A DNA stretch of 64,000 nt, taken from positions 1,457,392 through 1,521,391 of the forward strand of contig NMRA01000021.1 of the NCBI GenBank assembly GCA_002633005.1, read 5' to 3'. Below, piece by piece: positions 1 to 14,100 of this stretch. Within the stretch, counting starts at the first letter, position 1. Every line of letters starts with the position of its first letter. The DNA is from Phoronis australis. Lineage: Eukaryota > Animalia > Phoronida. Made by a program: the position numbers and the translations under genes. The notes under the pieces were generated by a model that had not been told where the DNA came from, did not search any database, and saw only the letters and a list, made by a program, of their open reading frames with translations.

Positions 1-204
1 CCAAATTAGCGTTTCTAAAATTTTCCTTGTCCGAAAGTCGCGAGGCAAAAATCCGACGTTTATGGCATTGTCCGAAGTTCGAAGATCATTAAAAAACAGT
101 TTTTGGACCTTGTACGAATTTCGTGGACTATGAAAAACTCATTTCGGAAATATTTATTCTTGGTCGAAAATGGCGGGCCGTCCGAAAATCACGCGACTTT
201 ACCG
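1..204. mobile_element. Right end of a Tc1/mariner-pogo-like MITE (truncated by window edge)
   Basis: Repeated GTCCGAA subterminal motifs ending ..gactttaccg|TA. Confidence 0.45.
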
Positions 205-2134
205 TAATAAGGTGGAAACAAAAAACTTAAACGTGATCCCCCCATTAATTGTAGTAGGACGATAAGCCTGTGCACTGGGGCCAGAAATACTTTTTTCAGT
301 TCAAATTCGCTTTGGATCTTTTTCAAACGTAAGCTGAGTCATCCAATAACTTCTGTTGTAGGCAGTGTGAATTTTGGATAATTTATGCCGCTGAAATATG
401 AACCTAGGTGTGCTATGACTCGAGGCTCAATTGACAGAGACACCCAAATGTTGGTGGTAGCCTTGTTTTATCGCTGATTGCATACCAAAATCTCTTACCA
501 AGTGGGCAAATTGGGCAGGAGTCTTCTGATGCTGTTCTGCAAAAGACTTAAAAGAATCTCGACTTACCTTTGCTTTTAAGGCCACTTCCTATTTTTTTGC
601 AAGAATTTCAAGCGCTAAGTTGTATGTTAATTCTTCAATTATTTGCTAAAATTGTCAATTTTTTTTCATTTTTCAAAGACTGGTTTTTATTTTGATGCAC
701 GTATTAAAAGCTGTGTTGTTTTGTGACAAACAAACCATACAAACCAAGCCAACATCAGAATCGAATATTCTTGTTACTTAAGTTTGTTAAGAAATGTGAC
801 AAAATAAAATTTTCCGCCATATTGTGTGCTAAATAGGTGAAGACTGTTACCATATTTATTCATGTCAAATTTCTTTAGCCACCATCCCACATTCGCGGCC
901 AATCCTGCCAGTGTGGAAAATGATTAGTTTGTTGTTTTGCGGGGTATGGTCACTTGTTAAAAAAGCACGTTCAGAAATATATGGGCTAGATGACTACGTC
1001 AAGTTTGAGCGTACAGCCACGCTGTGGGATTTGGCATACCTTATGCAGGAAACCATTGATGTCTAGGTCAACAAGAACGCACTGTCTGAGCTCTGTTGTT
1101 CAACAAAAAAGTAACCAACTCAATTGTTATTAGATATTCAAGTGTGGCAAAGTCATGATAACAAAATGATTATCTAGACAAATTATTGTGTACGCTTGTG
1201 GAAAGTCATTACTAGCTAACGATTTTGTGATGATTTGCATGCTGTATTAAACAATAATAAATTCACCACGTCATTATTCTTGGGTTTGACAACCGACAGA
1301 CGTGGAATTTAGAATAGTTGATTGGTAACATTGCTTGTGCGTGCGTGTGTGCATATGTTGGACCATTAATTTACAGTTTATTATGTTTGTTACACATACG
1401 TCTTCTAAATTTTGACGTATGCGTGAAAAGCACTGACACTGAAATGAATAGATAATTTTAGAAAAGATTTCAAATGATCGCCACCTTTACTCCAAAACAT
1501 CAGCGTAAGACCTGGCCATGGGTATCTGGGTATTGCACGTGCTGACACCTACTGTTCGTAGTCATCACCGCATCAACATGCCTGGGTCATACATGCGCTG
1601 ACAGGGCTTGATAGACGTTGGCAGAGACTAACATTTCCCCGCCCATCACTTCCCTGAGATGGGGAAGGAGACTATCCATTGCCATAGCATCGTTGGCTTA
1701 GTTAGGAGCATCGCTAGCCCAAGCGACGGCGGAAAATGACTGTTTTTTATGTTTGCATACAATACACGAAATATGGACCAATCCCAATTGTGTATTAATT
1801 GTTTTATGCACTTTGATGCTTCTTTTCTCCAACTTCTTCATCTTCTATTAGATTAGCTTGTTCTTAATGTCTACTTTGATGTAATATTGTCTACTTGGTT
1901 CATTATGAGATTTTATGGACCGATTCTATATCATTTGATGGCTCAAATCACGAACAGCCACATCTGACGTCCCGGCTGCATGAATGCAGTGATGTTCTGT
2001 ACTAAGTTGCTCGGTATCGTGCTACATCAGAAGTTTTCGCACCACAGTTCATCCAATCAAAGGACAGAAGTGTAAGTGGTCGTGTAATATAGAATATTGT
2101 TGGATTCTGAGATGTTCGCCATTTGTGTTTTCAG

Positions 2135-5100
2135 ATTTTTGAATGGTGGTACTTCAAGAAGTATGGCACGTCATTCATTGAACAGGTGTCACTGAATCAC
2201 CTGTCCCCTCTGCTAGGGGGTGACGGACAGAATAGCGATGAGGCTAACAGTAGCACCTCGACACCCTCGTCCTCAACAGGCCAAACAAACAGTGTTCCAG
2301 GTAAAGTTGATGGTTGTCTCGGCCACATGAAATAAGTCCAAATTTGGCTAACTTTGGAACATGTCTCAAAAATGATTGATCAGTTTGCAATTGTTTTTAA
2401 AGTGCTCCACTTTAGCATAAGGGGCTATCAGAAACAGGAATTTTATGTTTTTCTTTGTATCAAACCATGTGCTCATAATTACTTGACAAAATATTTATAA
2501 AATGTGAAGTGGGATGGTAAGACCAAATTCAGTCTCAGTAGTTTGCAATGAAATGAACTACCAGTCTTCCACTAAAGCCTACTCTCCCTTTGCCCATATT
2601 CAGCTTTGCACCCACTCCCTGAATTTCTTAATTCACACTTTTAAGTACTCGCACTCGGCTTTGCACCCTCCATCAATTTTTAAGATAGAGACTTCCTTAA
2701 ATGCCAGTGTCTTTGTAAATGACTTACGCAACTCGCTTACTTTTGGGTAACAAACAATCAGGTTCAGTGGCACCTTGCCTCCTTAACACAGGATATAACC
2801 ACCATTTATGCCTGTAGTGAACTGCCAGCAAAAATGACCCACCCTTCTGTATACAGTCGTCAGAGCACAATTCTCACGCACACCGTATGCTTCCATTATA
2901 ATCGATTCTTAAAGTCTCAATTTAGCAAACTGACAAAATAATGGAACAGAAGCACTGTGAAGACTGCAACTTAAAATAATTCATTGTTATCATTGTATTG
3001 CATGAGAATTGTGATTCATTTTTGTTGCTTTGTGCTCCCCTAGTGCTTCCCGTTGGTACGAGATGATAGCCGTTCGAGTGATCATTTTGCTTCCAGAGTG
3101 CAAAGTGTGGCGTAACCCGTTGAATCTGTTGCGCGGTGCAGAGTACCAGAGGTTCACTTGGGCGACGGGGAAAGACCCACTGACATATTACGACATGAAT
3201 CTATCGGCGCAGGACCATCAGACATTCTTCACCTGTGAGACGGACGCAGGGAAGCCAGAATATGAGAGTAAGATATCCGGATGTTATATTAGTTATTATT
3301 GTTATTATAGTAATTATTGTTATCGTAGTAATTATTGTTATTGTTGTGGTTATGGTTATTGTCATTATGCTTATTGAAGCTATTGTTATTGTGATTATGG
3401 TTCTTTTAGTTATTGCTTTTATTATATAATTATTATGGTTATTGTAATTATTATGGTTATAATAGTTATTATGGTTATTATAGTTATTTTTATTGTAGTC
3501 ATTATTGTAGTTATGGTTATTGTGGGTATTATAGTTTTGGTTTACTTATTATATTTATCTTAGTTATCATAATTATTTAAATTGCATTGTATGCCTCCCA
3601 CAGGTTGGTACTTTTTTGGTGATATGTAGTTTATATTATGAATATAATGCTTTAATCAAGGCTTGGAATTTTCCGGGAAATGCGAATATCCGCTTTTTTC
3701 AAATGTTCTGTCCGCGTGTTTTATTATATTTCCGCGTAAAAAAAATCGAATTTGATATAAAATGTTCGCAGCAAATTTCTTTTTTACCTCGGCGTTGCCG
3801 ACGACTTTCACCTCGAAAAGCAGAAGTTGCTCTTTATGTTTCGGAGGAACGTAAATTGTCAACATTGCCGGGGCATCTGGGATAGCGTGGTGGATTTCTT
3901 CAATGGCATCTCGTGTGATTGTAAACTGTGAACCGTGGTGACAAATACTACGACTCTGCAGTCAAAAATGTGTGGAGGTGAGGGTGGACGAATGGGCTAA
4001 AAAGACGCAGATGCACGCCTCTGGGGGAGGTACAGTTTTACTTTTTTTAGTCCTCCCGATTTTTGTCGGCAAAAGGTCCACATCGACTATTTCAAGGCCG
4101 TGTGCGCACATTTTTCGGGCTGTAAAAATTTCCGCTTTTTTGTCATTGGTCATTCCAAGCCCTGTTTAATAATCAGTAGTAAATAAATGCTCGGTTGAAA
4201 AATGTGAGGTGTCGGATTATTTGCATGACAGCTTCCAAACGATGGATGTTGTTGAATGACTTCTCGCCTGATATGTAGCTGTCAGCTTCTTAATAAGGTT
4301 GTTGATCTTGTTAAGTAGATTACTCACATCCCTTTCATCTTTTGACAAGCAATATAATGAAATAAATTTTATGAGAATTAAATAAATTAATGTTCGAAAT
4401 TCAACGTAATGTAAAGAATAAGTTCTGATCAGTTTTGTGCAACTGTCACACAATTGATTTTCTTCCGATTACCTTTGACCATGGTGTCATTGAATGAAAT
4501 CACATTCAAGGGACTTCGTCAAATTGCAACAGTACATGCCAAAAGTAACTGTACAAAATATCACATGATGACAGGTTTCGTGGAATGTCCCAGTCTTATG
4601 GCCAAGTAGACCGCTTGCAGGTTCACAAACTTAGCAGAAAAGTGAACAGAGTTCTTATTTTGTTGCATAACCGCGCATAAGGTTTATACCCATTCATATG
4701 CAGAACCAGTAATAAGGTCTTGTAATGTTGACATCCGCAAGTTGTCGCTGTGCAGTAACATTTTGCCACCATGATGTCGAGGGAAGTGGAACAAAAATCC
4801 ACCTTGCAAAAGGTCTGTAGGCGATCAGAGTGGCTGGTATGACAGGTGATCTCTCTTTTTTATGAAGAAGCGGAAATTTGTCACACACATACACCGTTCA
4901 GGCCCATTGTCATTGGCAGCAGGGGTGGATGAGGTCACGGCAGCGGGATGGAGTAGGTCATGGCATGGCATGAAAAATCTCATGCCTATAGCTTCATATG
5001 TGCTAACACCCTCCAAAGTTTAGGAGAAGCCTCGTTCATTGTCAGAGTTATCTTACTATGTGGTAAAGACAACAGGAGAAATAGAAGGAAAATTAATAAG

Positions 5101-8100
5101 GTGGCTAGGACATTCTGTAATTGGGTGCCATGACTGAAAATGGTATTTTGTGTGCTTTCTTTTGTCATGTAACTGTACTTTGGGTACCATGACTGAAAAT
5201 GGTATTTTGTGTGCTTTCTTTTGTCATGTAACTGTACTTTGGGTGTCTGGACACAGGGCCCGATTGAAAATTTCTGTTCTCTCTGCTCTCATCTAAAACT
5301 TAGATTTTGTCGTTAAAGTTGTTCCTTTTAATGTTCTTGGATGACAGGGTGACTTTTAAGTTCCACTGCTGTTATTAGTGACTTTGTGGTGCAAGGGTTC
5401 GAATCCCGGTCAAGATGATTTTTTTTGCTGTGCGATGTGAATTCTTTGAACTCAGCTCCTGTTTTGAGTCTTCGATTCAATCTGATGTAGCGACAGTTAA
5501 TTTTTTACTCAGCCTCCTTTCCTGTCTCTCCTACGTCAGTCTTACGACACGGGTCTAATTACGGAATCCCACAATCATCCTAATTGCAGTCATTTGTTGA
5601 TGTGCAAGACACTGACATTCAGAGATTGGATCACCTCTTCCATTGTCCATGGAGAGCTGTGATTAGTTTAGTGGTCTGCCTTTGATTGACATGACTGCCT
5701 TTGATTGACATGACTGCCTTTGATTGACATGACTGCCTTTGATTGACGTGCCTGACGCTTGTGTTAGAAACAAACATATAAAATAGAAGTGTTTGCTGTT
5801 CCAAAACTGAGCAAACATATTTGCAGCCAGTTGGATTTGTCTGAATCTAGCACACGATCACATCAACTTTGGGGAACATATGGAGGATGACTGTAACTTT
5901 GTTTTTCTTTTTTTGTCACAATTCTAAGCTGTATAACATAGAAAGACCATGTTTGGAGAAACAGTGAGCATTCCAACTACTTTTCTTTCATCAGATTCCA
6001 CTTACTTGAAGCCTTAAAGTACTTGGCTGTACTTATTAATTAGAATGTCCACCTTGTAATTCATCGACCTGGGACCGGTTTTATCAAAAGGTGTTAGTTC
6101 AGTCATAGCTAGTACTACATTTAAACTTTGATTTTACTTTGCACATCAAGTACATGGCTTATGAAGCCAATGATTTCAGTCTCCATACGAACACTTATCA
6201 CCTTTACTTATTAAGTTGCAATGCTTCACTCTTCTAAATAACACAATGTCGCGTTTGCAATAACGTGCCTACAACTGTCTTTAACTAAGACTGGACTTGT
6301 GACATTTAAAGAAACAGGCCCCTCAGCCTTGCTTATCAGAGAATTGTCTCCCCTTATGTTCCAGCGTATTTGATTCCGGTGAGCTCCATGCAGCACCTTC
6401 CAAGTGGTGCAGAGACTCATCTGTAAGACTGATGTCATGTAGAAAGGCTGCGTTTCGTTATTTTTCATTCATTTCGATTACCTTATGGGGGCCATTGATT
6501 TGCTGCAGCCAGTTTGTTCACAGCTAAAAATTCTTTATTGACAAAAATATTTGCTGAAATTGGTATTTCTGTGTTTTTCAAACACTTGTAACATCACTGT
6601 CAGTGCTCAAAATTTTACCAACTATTATTTCGTGGCAGCGGTACTTCACAAAATCTATGCAAAATTTCCTGAAAGTTATTTTTTGTTGATTAATTTGATG
6701 AATATATAAATGTCATGTTCTACATGAACTAATTTTCATGCCATCTGTCATGTATTGACGTCATTCTCGAGTAATTTCAATGCATAGCACAAAAGTTACT
6801 TGAAAGTGCCCTTACGTTATATTTTAACAATCGAGGTTTTTGTGCTATTTTCAGAATGGCACGGGGGACATCATTGTTGAATTAGCTCTTAGATTCATTG
6901 AGCGATTTACCGTATTTTGTTCATAACGGGGTACAATTACCCTCCTGTATGTGGCTTTTAACGTTAGAAAATTTTGTCCTTCTTCAATGAATTATTAATA
7001 ACAATTATAATGAATAATCTTGTTGCTGTCATGGCAATTACGTGATAATATTTCAGTCATGCAAACGGCGTGGCGAGAACGGAACCCGCAGGCACGAATC
7101 AAAGCTGCGCATGAAGCACTGGAAAAAAACTCGGAGTAAGTAGTGGATGCACCAGGGTGTTACTTGTCATGGAACTTAAAAATCTCACTCGCTGTTTGCT
7201 AACATAAAATATGGAATTACAGCATCCATGTTTGTTGTGTTGTGACAGCTTAATAGGTTGTTTTGGTTGTTTGGTCTGGATGGTGACACCTATAATGACT
7301 AAAAATGATGTCTCTGCTGCATTCCGTAGTTCCCAAGCCACTGCTTTGCTCTTGTGGTTAACACTATTATGGAATGGTACGATGCAGAATTCGGCATTCA
7401 ACTTCACCAACCAATCACTTAGGTGCCAGCCATTCTGCTAGGATAGGCTTGAAAGGTTGGGTGTATAGTCGCGAAGCACTCGTCTTACTCTAGTGCGATT
7501 TTACGAGATCTTGAGACATCTTGATTTGTTACACAAAACATGGTCTACCAGAACGTTTTCCTGGCCCTGGTCTTTGCCTTACACATTTTTGAAGCTGCTT
7601 TTTTATCAAAATATAATATTCATTTTCATGAGCGTCACTCCTACATTAGAGTGATGGGTTTAGATTGAAGGGCACCGTTTATCGGCTATAATCAATGTCT
7701 GACATGACTATGAATCAATTGCATAGGAAGGCTTTCTGTTGCTGGGTGCGAAGAAAATGCGAGCCCCTCCCCCAGTTTCCAAGGCTTGTAACATTGTGGC
7801 AAATGCTTATAACTAATGAAAACATTGTATGTTCATAGTCATTGTACAGAACATAAAATTAATAAGCGCAATTGGCGCTAATCATTTTTCCTTTAAAAAT
7901 GAAAAATTTCTCTCTTGTTTGCCTTGTTGTCTCCTGTTTCAGTCAGATTTTTTTGTTCAGAGGGTGTCGATATCTGATAATTTTTATGCTCATACTGACT
8001 GCTGTCAATCTAAATTTACAGCTTTCTTGACAACAGTCAGCTGCATGGGTCATGGATTTTGAGAACCAGTTTGTTGCCAGTAATTCATGCTAGAAAACTG

Positions 8101-11100
8101 GTTCTTGAAATGTGGGACCCATCTACGTGATTATAACAGCTTTCCTGTTTCCTTACAAGGTCTCCCTTTTGCTGAACCCAAAGTGTTAGTTTTGATTAAA
8201 GTGGCATTGAAATTCTTTGAAATTATACGACTCGGTCATGCCAGGGTAGATATTTCATCAAAATTAGTCCAAAATTTATAGGGAATTGAAAGGAACATTT
8301 TTGTGTTAAAATTTGTAGCTTTCTAGTGGAAGAATAAGTTATTCACAGTCGTGAGTCAGGAGGACATAACAATACACGGTCTAGTTCATATGAGCATAAA
8401 CTGCAAACTTAAAATTGTTACCCATGGTAACGTGGGTTGTTTTTCCTGTTTGATTTGTCATAACCTTTGCATGTTTCGCACCTTGTCAAACTTTGACAAT
8501 TAACACCTGCGTGTGCGTGACTGACGGGTGTTAATTGCGTCAGTATTGATTGTTGTTGATCTCTGTTCTGACATTCGTAACAAATGTGTGTGTGTGCGTG
8601 TGTGCATGCTTGCGTGTGCGTGTTTGTATGGTTGTTGGCTGTCATGTTGTGCTTGAACTTGGAATTTCACTGGATTTCAAGATCATGTATGCATAAACTT
8701 GGAATAATCACATTCGTGTTCACCCTCATAAGAAACTGCACTGCAATAAAGCAACTCGCTATAAAATGGTTTTGATCTTATTTACCAAACAATAATTGAC
8801 AAACCATACTCATATTCCTCTGATTGTCTGACAAAAATTATGGTAAACGAGAACATGGGTGATCGTGGGGTCAATAATTACAAATTTTCTTTATACTGAA
8901 CAACGAATTTCACCAAATTATGTAGATGAATATATAATTTCACGCGCACCTAATCTTCAGATTAAGCTTAATGCTAAGTTCAAGCACAACAGCCAGACAC
9001 CCTACTGGGAGGTGGATTTCACATTTTCTCAGCACTGTCACAAAGCTGTGTTTGATGGAAATGATTGTAAGAAGTATGCTGAATGCGTTACTTTTCAAAC
9101 GCTTTGAATTCAAGATGCAGTAAAATGTCATGAATTTCTATCACAAACGATTGCCAAAATTACCTTTTCCATTTTTTGTGAACTTTGTTGTGAATGCCCT
9201 CAATTTTTCAAAATGTTTTTTGATGGTATTGAACTTAAGCGCACTAAAGCATTAATTTGATGAGAAAACATTTGTAAAAACAATGCGTAACGGTGTTTTG
9301 GACAACATTGCATAGAACATTGTATCTGAAAGTTTCATATGAGGTATTATGATATGAAGTTAACCAGATTTGGCCAATTTTCTGATGTCCTTCATAACCT
9401 TATTGTGAGACTGTCATTTGTCATTCTGGTGCTAATGAAGTTTTACTGTTGTGTAGTGAGTTGTTATGCAGACTTAAAACTCAAAAAGTCGACTGCGGCA
9501 CGCTTAAGCGTTCTTGACTTGTTCGAAGCAATATTATTTGAGTGGCCCTGTGTCCATCATACAACGTGTTATTCTACCTCCACTAAAGAGGAAAATTGCA
9601 CCTGGGATGAGACCAGTTTAATTATTTTTTAATTTAAGGATGAATGGTCTAAATCAAAATTTTTGCGTAGTTGACAGAATGCAGGTTCTACCAGCATTTC
9701 TATAAAATTTCTCTAGTTTGGTACTCCCAGTTTGGGCTCTAAAATTCAGGCTTTTAGGGAAATTTTCTTTACGCTGAAACTTGGGTTGTGCGTGACGTAG
9801 GCATTCATCGTATTTCTCAAATATCAAGACGTTGCGTTTTGTATCATTAGAGTCTGAAAGTAGACTTGGAAATTTGTAAAATCATTGAAAATAGCGGGTG
9901 ACGCAATATGCGTCCACGAAGTGTGTAACATAGGTGCATGATCATATCTCATTGTTCGTAATTCATAATGTAGGACTGATGACACAATTATTTGCTTATT
10001 TCTAAAGTTTGATAAAAGCTCTGACCGCTTATTTCTAAAGTTTGGTAAAAGCTCTGACCTTGAGCATGATAATTTTTCCGTTTACCGAAATTAGAGAAGT
10101 TTTATCATAAGTTTTTTATGTCATGAGCTGTCACATTATTTCATCTCCAGCTGTGCTCCCGCCATGATTTTATTGGCTGAGGAGGAGGCGACGACGATCT
10201 TGGAGGCGGAGAAAATGTTCAAGCAGGCGTACAAAGTAGCAGAGACGTGTTATAGAAAGAGTCAACAGCTGTTACATACAAACACAACAACCCCTGCGCA
10301 GGAGGCTATACACAGTAAGCTTCCTATGTTAACAATTCATTTCCCAACTGATGGCTCTGAATGGTTCATACTAGATGGGATCTGAAGAGCACAAACTTTT
10401 TAACTACTTTTATGATCGTCTTTTGTTTGAGGATTGGGGAATGGAGGTGGCAGCTGTTGATGTTGCTTGTTAGGGCCATCCCTGATTAGACAGGGACACT
10501 GGAATCTCGCTTTATTTACCCACAATGCCCCAATATCCATCAAGTACTTTTGTTGCCTCGTTTTCGTACCATTGGAGTTTCACATCTTCTTAGTTCTCTT
10601 TTTGTCCTTCTAATACCAATGAAGTATTACTACTGGCTTGTGTGCTGCAAATCTGATGGGAGAAAATTGGATTAACTTGACCATCATGTTAAGTTCTTCA
10701 CCTTCCAGACAAATTCAATAAAAACAAGAAAACATTGCGTGTGGTTGAAGCAAGTTCGTTTGAACCTAACAGAATCCCATGTCTTGATTATACCTGTTCA
10801 ATTCTGATACTTTTAAATGGTTATAATCGGAAGTATTTTCACAGCAATGCACTTCGACTTTTTCTGGCATGACCAGTGAAAATGTGCTTGACATTCGAAA
10901 ATGAGGCTTTTATAAACAAGTATTTGGTAATGCTTTCTTACCTTCAGAACAAAGGAGAGTTCCACTGCCGTGTAATTCGTGGCTTTCTTACTGCTCATAA
11001 TGACCCAGTTAAAACTCATATCTTAACAATATTCATCTAAACAATTTGTGGTTATCCAAATTGGGGCTTCAAATAAGGGCGGGAAGACGAAGGGATTCCT

Positions 11101-14100
11101 TTGCTTTTAGATATATTGCTGTGTTGTTTTCTCCAGTTATAACATAGACTGAGTCATTAGTAAAAGGTATCTCTAAAACGAGATTATTTTGTAAATGACT
11201 ACCGTGTTGTCAGTTTTTCTATCCTCATAAAAAGGGAAATTTCGTTTCACTATGGTTTCCATTTTGTTGGTGCTCCCTCTTTAGTTGAATATGAAATTTA
11301 TCTGTTAATTTTGAAAAAATATTTTGTAAGATTTAACGTCAATGGGAGGGCATTTTGACTAAAAAACTGGTTTGCGTCAAAATTTGTTTCATGGAGTTTC
11401 TATCTAAAATGAAGCAGAAACTAAACTAATCTTGGACAAGGATTTGTAAGAAGGTTTGTTATCCATTGACAGTTAACGGTGAACATTGGTAGACCTGGGG
11501 AAATATTGGTATGTTTTGTTCTGCAAACAATGTGGCGTCACCTAGTGACCATTAAAGGTTGACATCATGGCAATATGGGATAATTTATTATGAGGAAAGT
11601 GAATAGAAAATATGCCAAAATCTCACCAATTCAGGACAAAATATGGCGGAAAAGAGAAATTTTATTTTCTCAATTTTTATAAAAAATATGTAGCATCAAT
11701 TTTAATGATTTACAAAGTTCTGTTCTATAGCTACCATCAGAAATATTTTTGAAAATGTTGTCAGCAATCATGATAGAAGACAAGTAAGGGGTAATTTTGG
11801 CATTAAGTATTTTTGTTCAAAATTGGTGAGATTTTACCCGTAGTGCTTACAGTGAAATGTTTTGATTGTTACCCGTATATTGAGCACTGTCATGTGGCTA
11901 TTACTTTACGAGATTTTGTTTCACCCTATGGTAAGTGTCGAATGTTTTGAATTAATTTTGCGACGGTCGAAATAATCGAGTCATGAACAATGACAAGTTA
12001 AAATACTGTTTTTGTTCATAGGTATGCGGTCCGAACTGAGCTCATAATGTTTCTTCATTAATTTATTTTATTTTATATTCCTTAGACTTTAAAGTTTATC
12101 AATATTGGTCTGGGAAACAGCACTCAGAATACGTACCTGAAGTGTCTGCATTAGTTTTCCTGTAAATCGTTGTTCATTGTCAATACCCTTGATATTAATT
12201 TTTCTTCCAATATGTTTGTAGGACGCGACACCAATGTGTTCGTTTACGTCAAACGTAGGATAGCAATGTGTGCCAGAAAACTGGGCAAGACACGAGAGGC
12301 TGTCAAAATGATGAGAGATGTATGTAACGTATTAATTCTTCACAGTCCTTGTGATGTATTAATTCTTCACAGTCCTTGTGATGTATTAATTCTTCACAGT
12401 CCTTGTGATGTATTAATTCTTCACAGTCCTTGTAATGTATTAATTCTTCACAGTCCTTGTGATGTATTAATTCTTCACAGTCCTTGTGATGTATTAATTC
12501 TTCACAGTCCTTGTGATGAAATATGCCATATGATAGTGAATATCTTTATTTCAACGCTATAAGATGACAGTATAAATCAGCAGTAACGTGCCAAAAAAGA
12601 ATCAAAATATTTAGTTAAACAAAGTTGTTATAAACCTGCCTTCCATCACGAAACTCAATTTTTGATTTAGACCACTCACTTTTCTCAAATTGTTTCATAG
12701 TGAAAATCGATTTGATTTCTGGGATTACATAAAACTGGCAGTTTGTTATTGACGTGTCGTGGCGCGTCATCTTATTCGTTGAGCTTGATCGCAAGCAGTA
12801 ACAAACTGTCAGCTTTTTGCCAGAACAAAAACCACTTCTCTTCCGAGTAAGGATCAAGTTGACATCAATTATATTGCTAAAAGTTGGATATGGTAGTTTC
12901 TTCAATGGCTGCAGGTTTATAGGCCCTCAAGCTTTCAAACTCTTCACGGTACCGTTTCTCTTCAATGTTGACTAACACATCATCGGAGGAATCACCACAC
13001 ACATGATACATGATAAACAAGTTGCCATTTATTGGTTGTCAAGGGCAACCAGTTGATCGTAGATGGTGGGAAGATCCTAGCCATATAATCATGGCAAGCT
13101 TTTCCTACCGGGTTTCAAGTGCTTCTCTGATCTTTTGCTCCAAAAGTTGTCCTCTCAAACACTTACACTCACATCTTGTAGTGAGAGTCGAGCTGTTCTT
13201 CAAACAGTTCTATAATTCCACAACCTAAATTACGCCCAGTTTTACCATGCTATTTCGAACATTCAACACTACGCATTGTTCAGTGCTTTTTACTACCTTC
13301 CAATTTATCCTTGGAATGAATGTCTAGTAATTATCGAAAAGTGGTAACAGGTTTATTATGTTCACACCTCGTGGTTTCTGAAAATATCGACGAGTTTCTT
13401 ACAAACCTTTCACGTACGACAAAGGCAGACGCACACTAGAATTACTACAGTTACAGTTGTCGGACTTTTGTAACTGCTTTTATTTAAGGAAGGTCATAAA
13501 GGTTATGTAGAACCATACGTAGTGTAGTGTGCCAAATTCCTGCAAAACTATAGATTTTAAAGCATTAAAAGTATTGTTGTGAAAGCAGAAAGCCTGTAGA
13601 ATTTGAATGGGGTCATGTGGCTATGTCATTTTGATAAAATTTCCAAAAGAGTAATTAAGTTACATTCATTACAAAGCAATGGCATCAAATTGTGTTTGAT
13701 ATAATTTTTGAGATGAAATCTCATAAACGCTGTTAGTTTTCTAATTATATTGAAACCATGTTTTTATTTTAGACAACATTGATATTGTTCATAAATTTAT
13801 ATAAGTCCAACTTTCATAGCCTCTCGTGCAAAAGTGGAAAAGTTTAAAAATAATTCCCAACATCGTTTTGGAGTACAACGCCCGAGCAGCCATTTCTGAA
13901 ATATGATGTTTCAAAGTTAGCCAAATTTGGACGTTTTCTTGGGACCCTACATAGAGTGCGCAATGTGGCTTAGTGGTTTAAGTGACCGCTTTCTCTACTC
14001 ATGGTTGTGGGTTGGGAGTCTCAATGGGGCACACTGCTAGACCCTTGCAGCCGATTTCATAAAGGTGGTTTAAAGTTAAACCTGGTTTAAACTGGACTTA

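Noticed and set aside
3235-3429. Hydrophobic poly-Ile/Val ORF, and the His/Ile-rich ORFs at 51047-51580
   Set aside because: Translations of trinucleotide and tetranucleotide low-complexity tracts.
5380-5415. tRNA B-box GGTTCGAATCCC
   Set aside because: No cloverleaf or acceptor stem; at most a SINE fragment.
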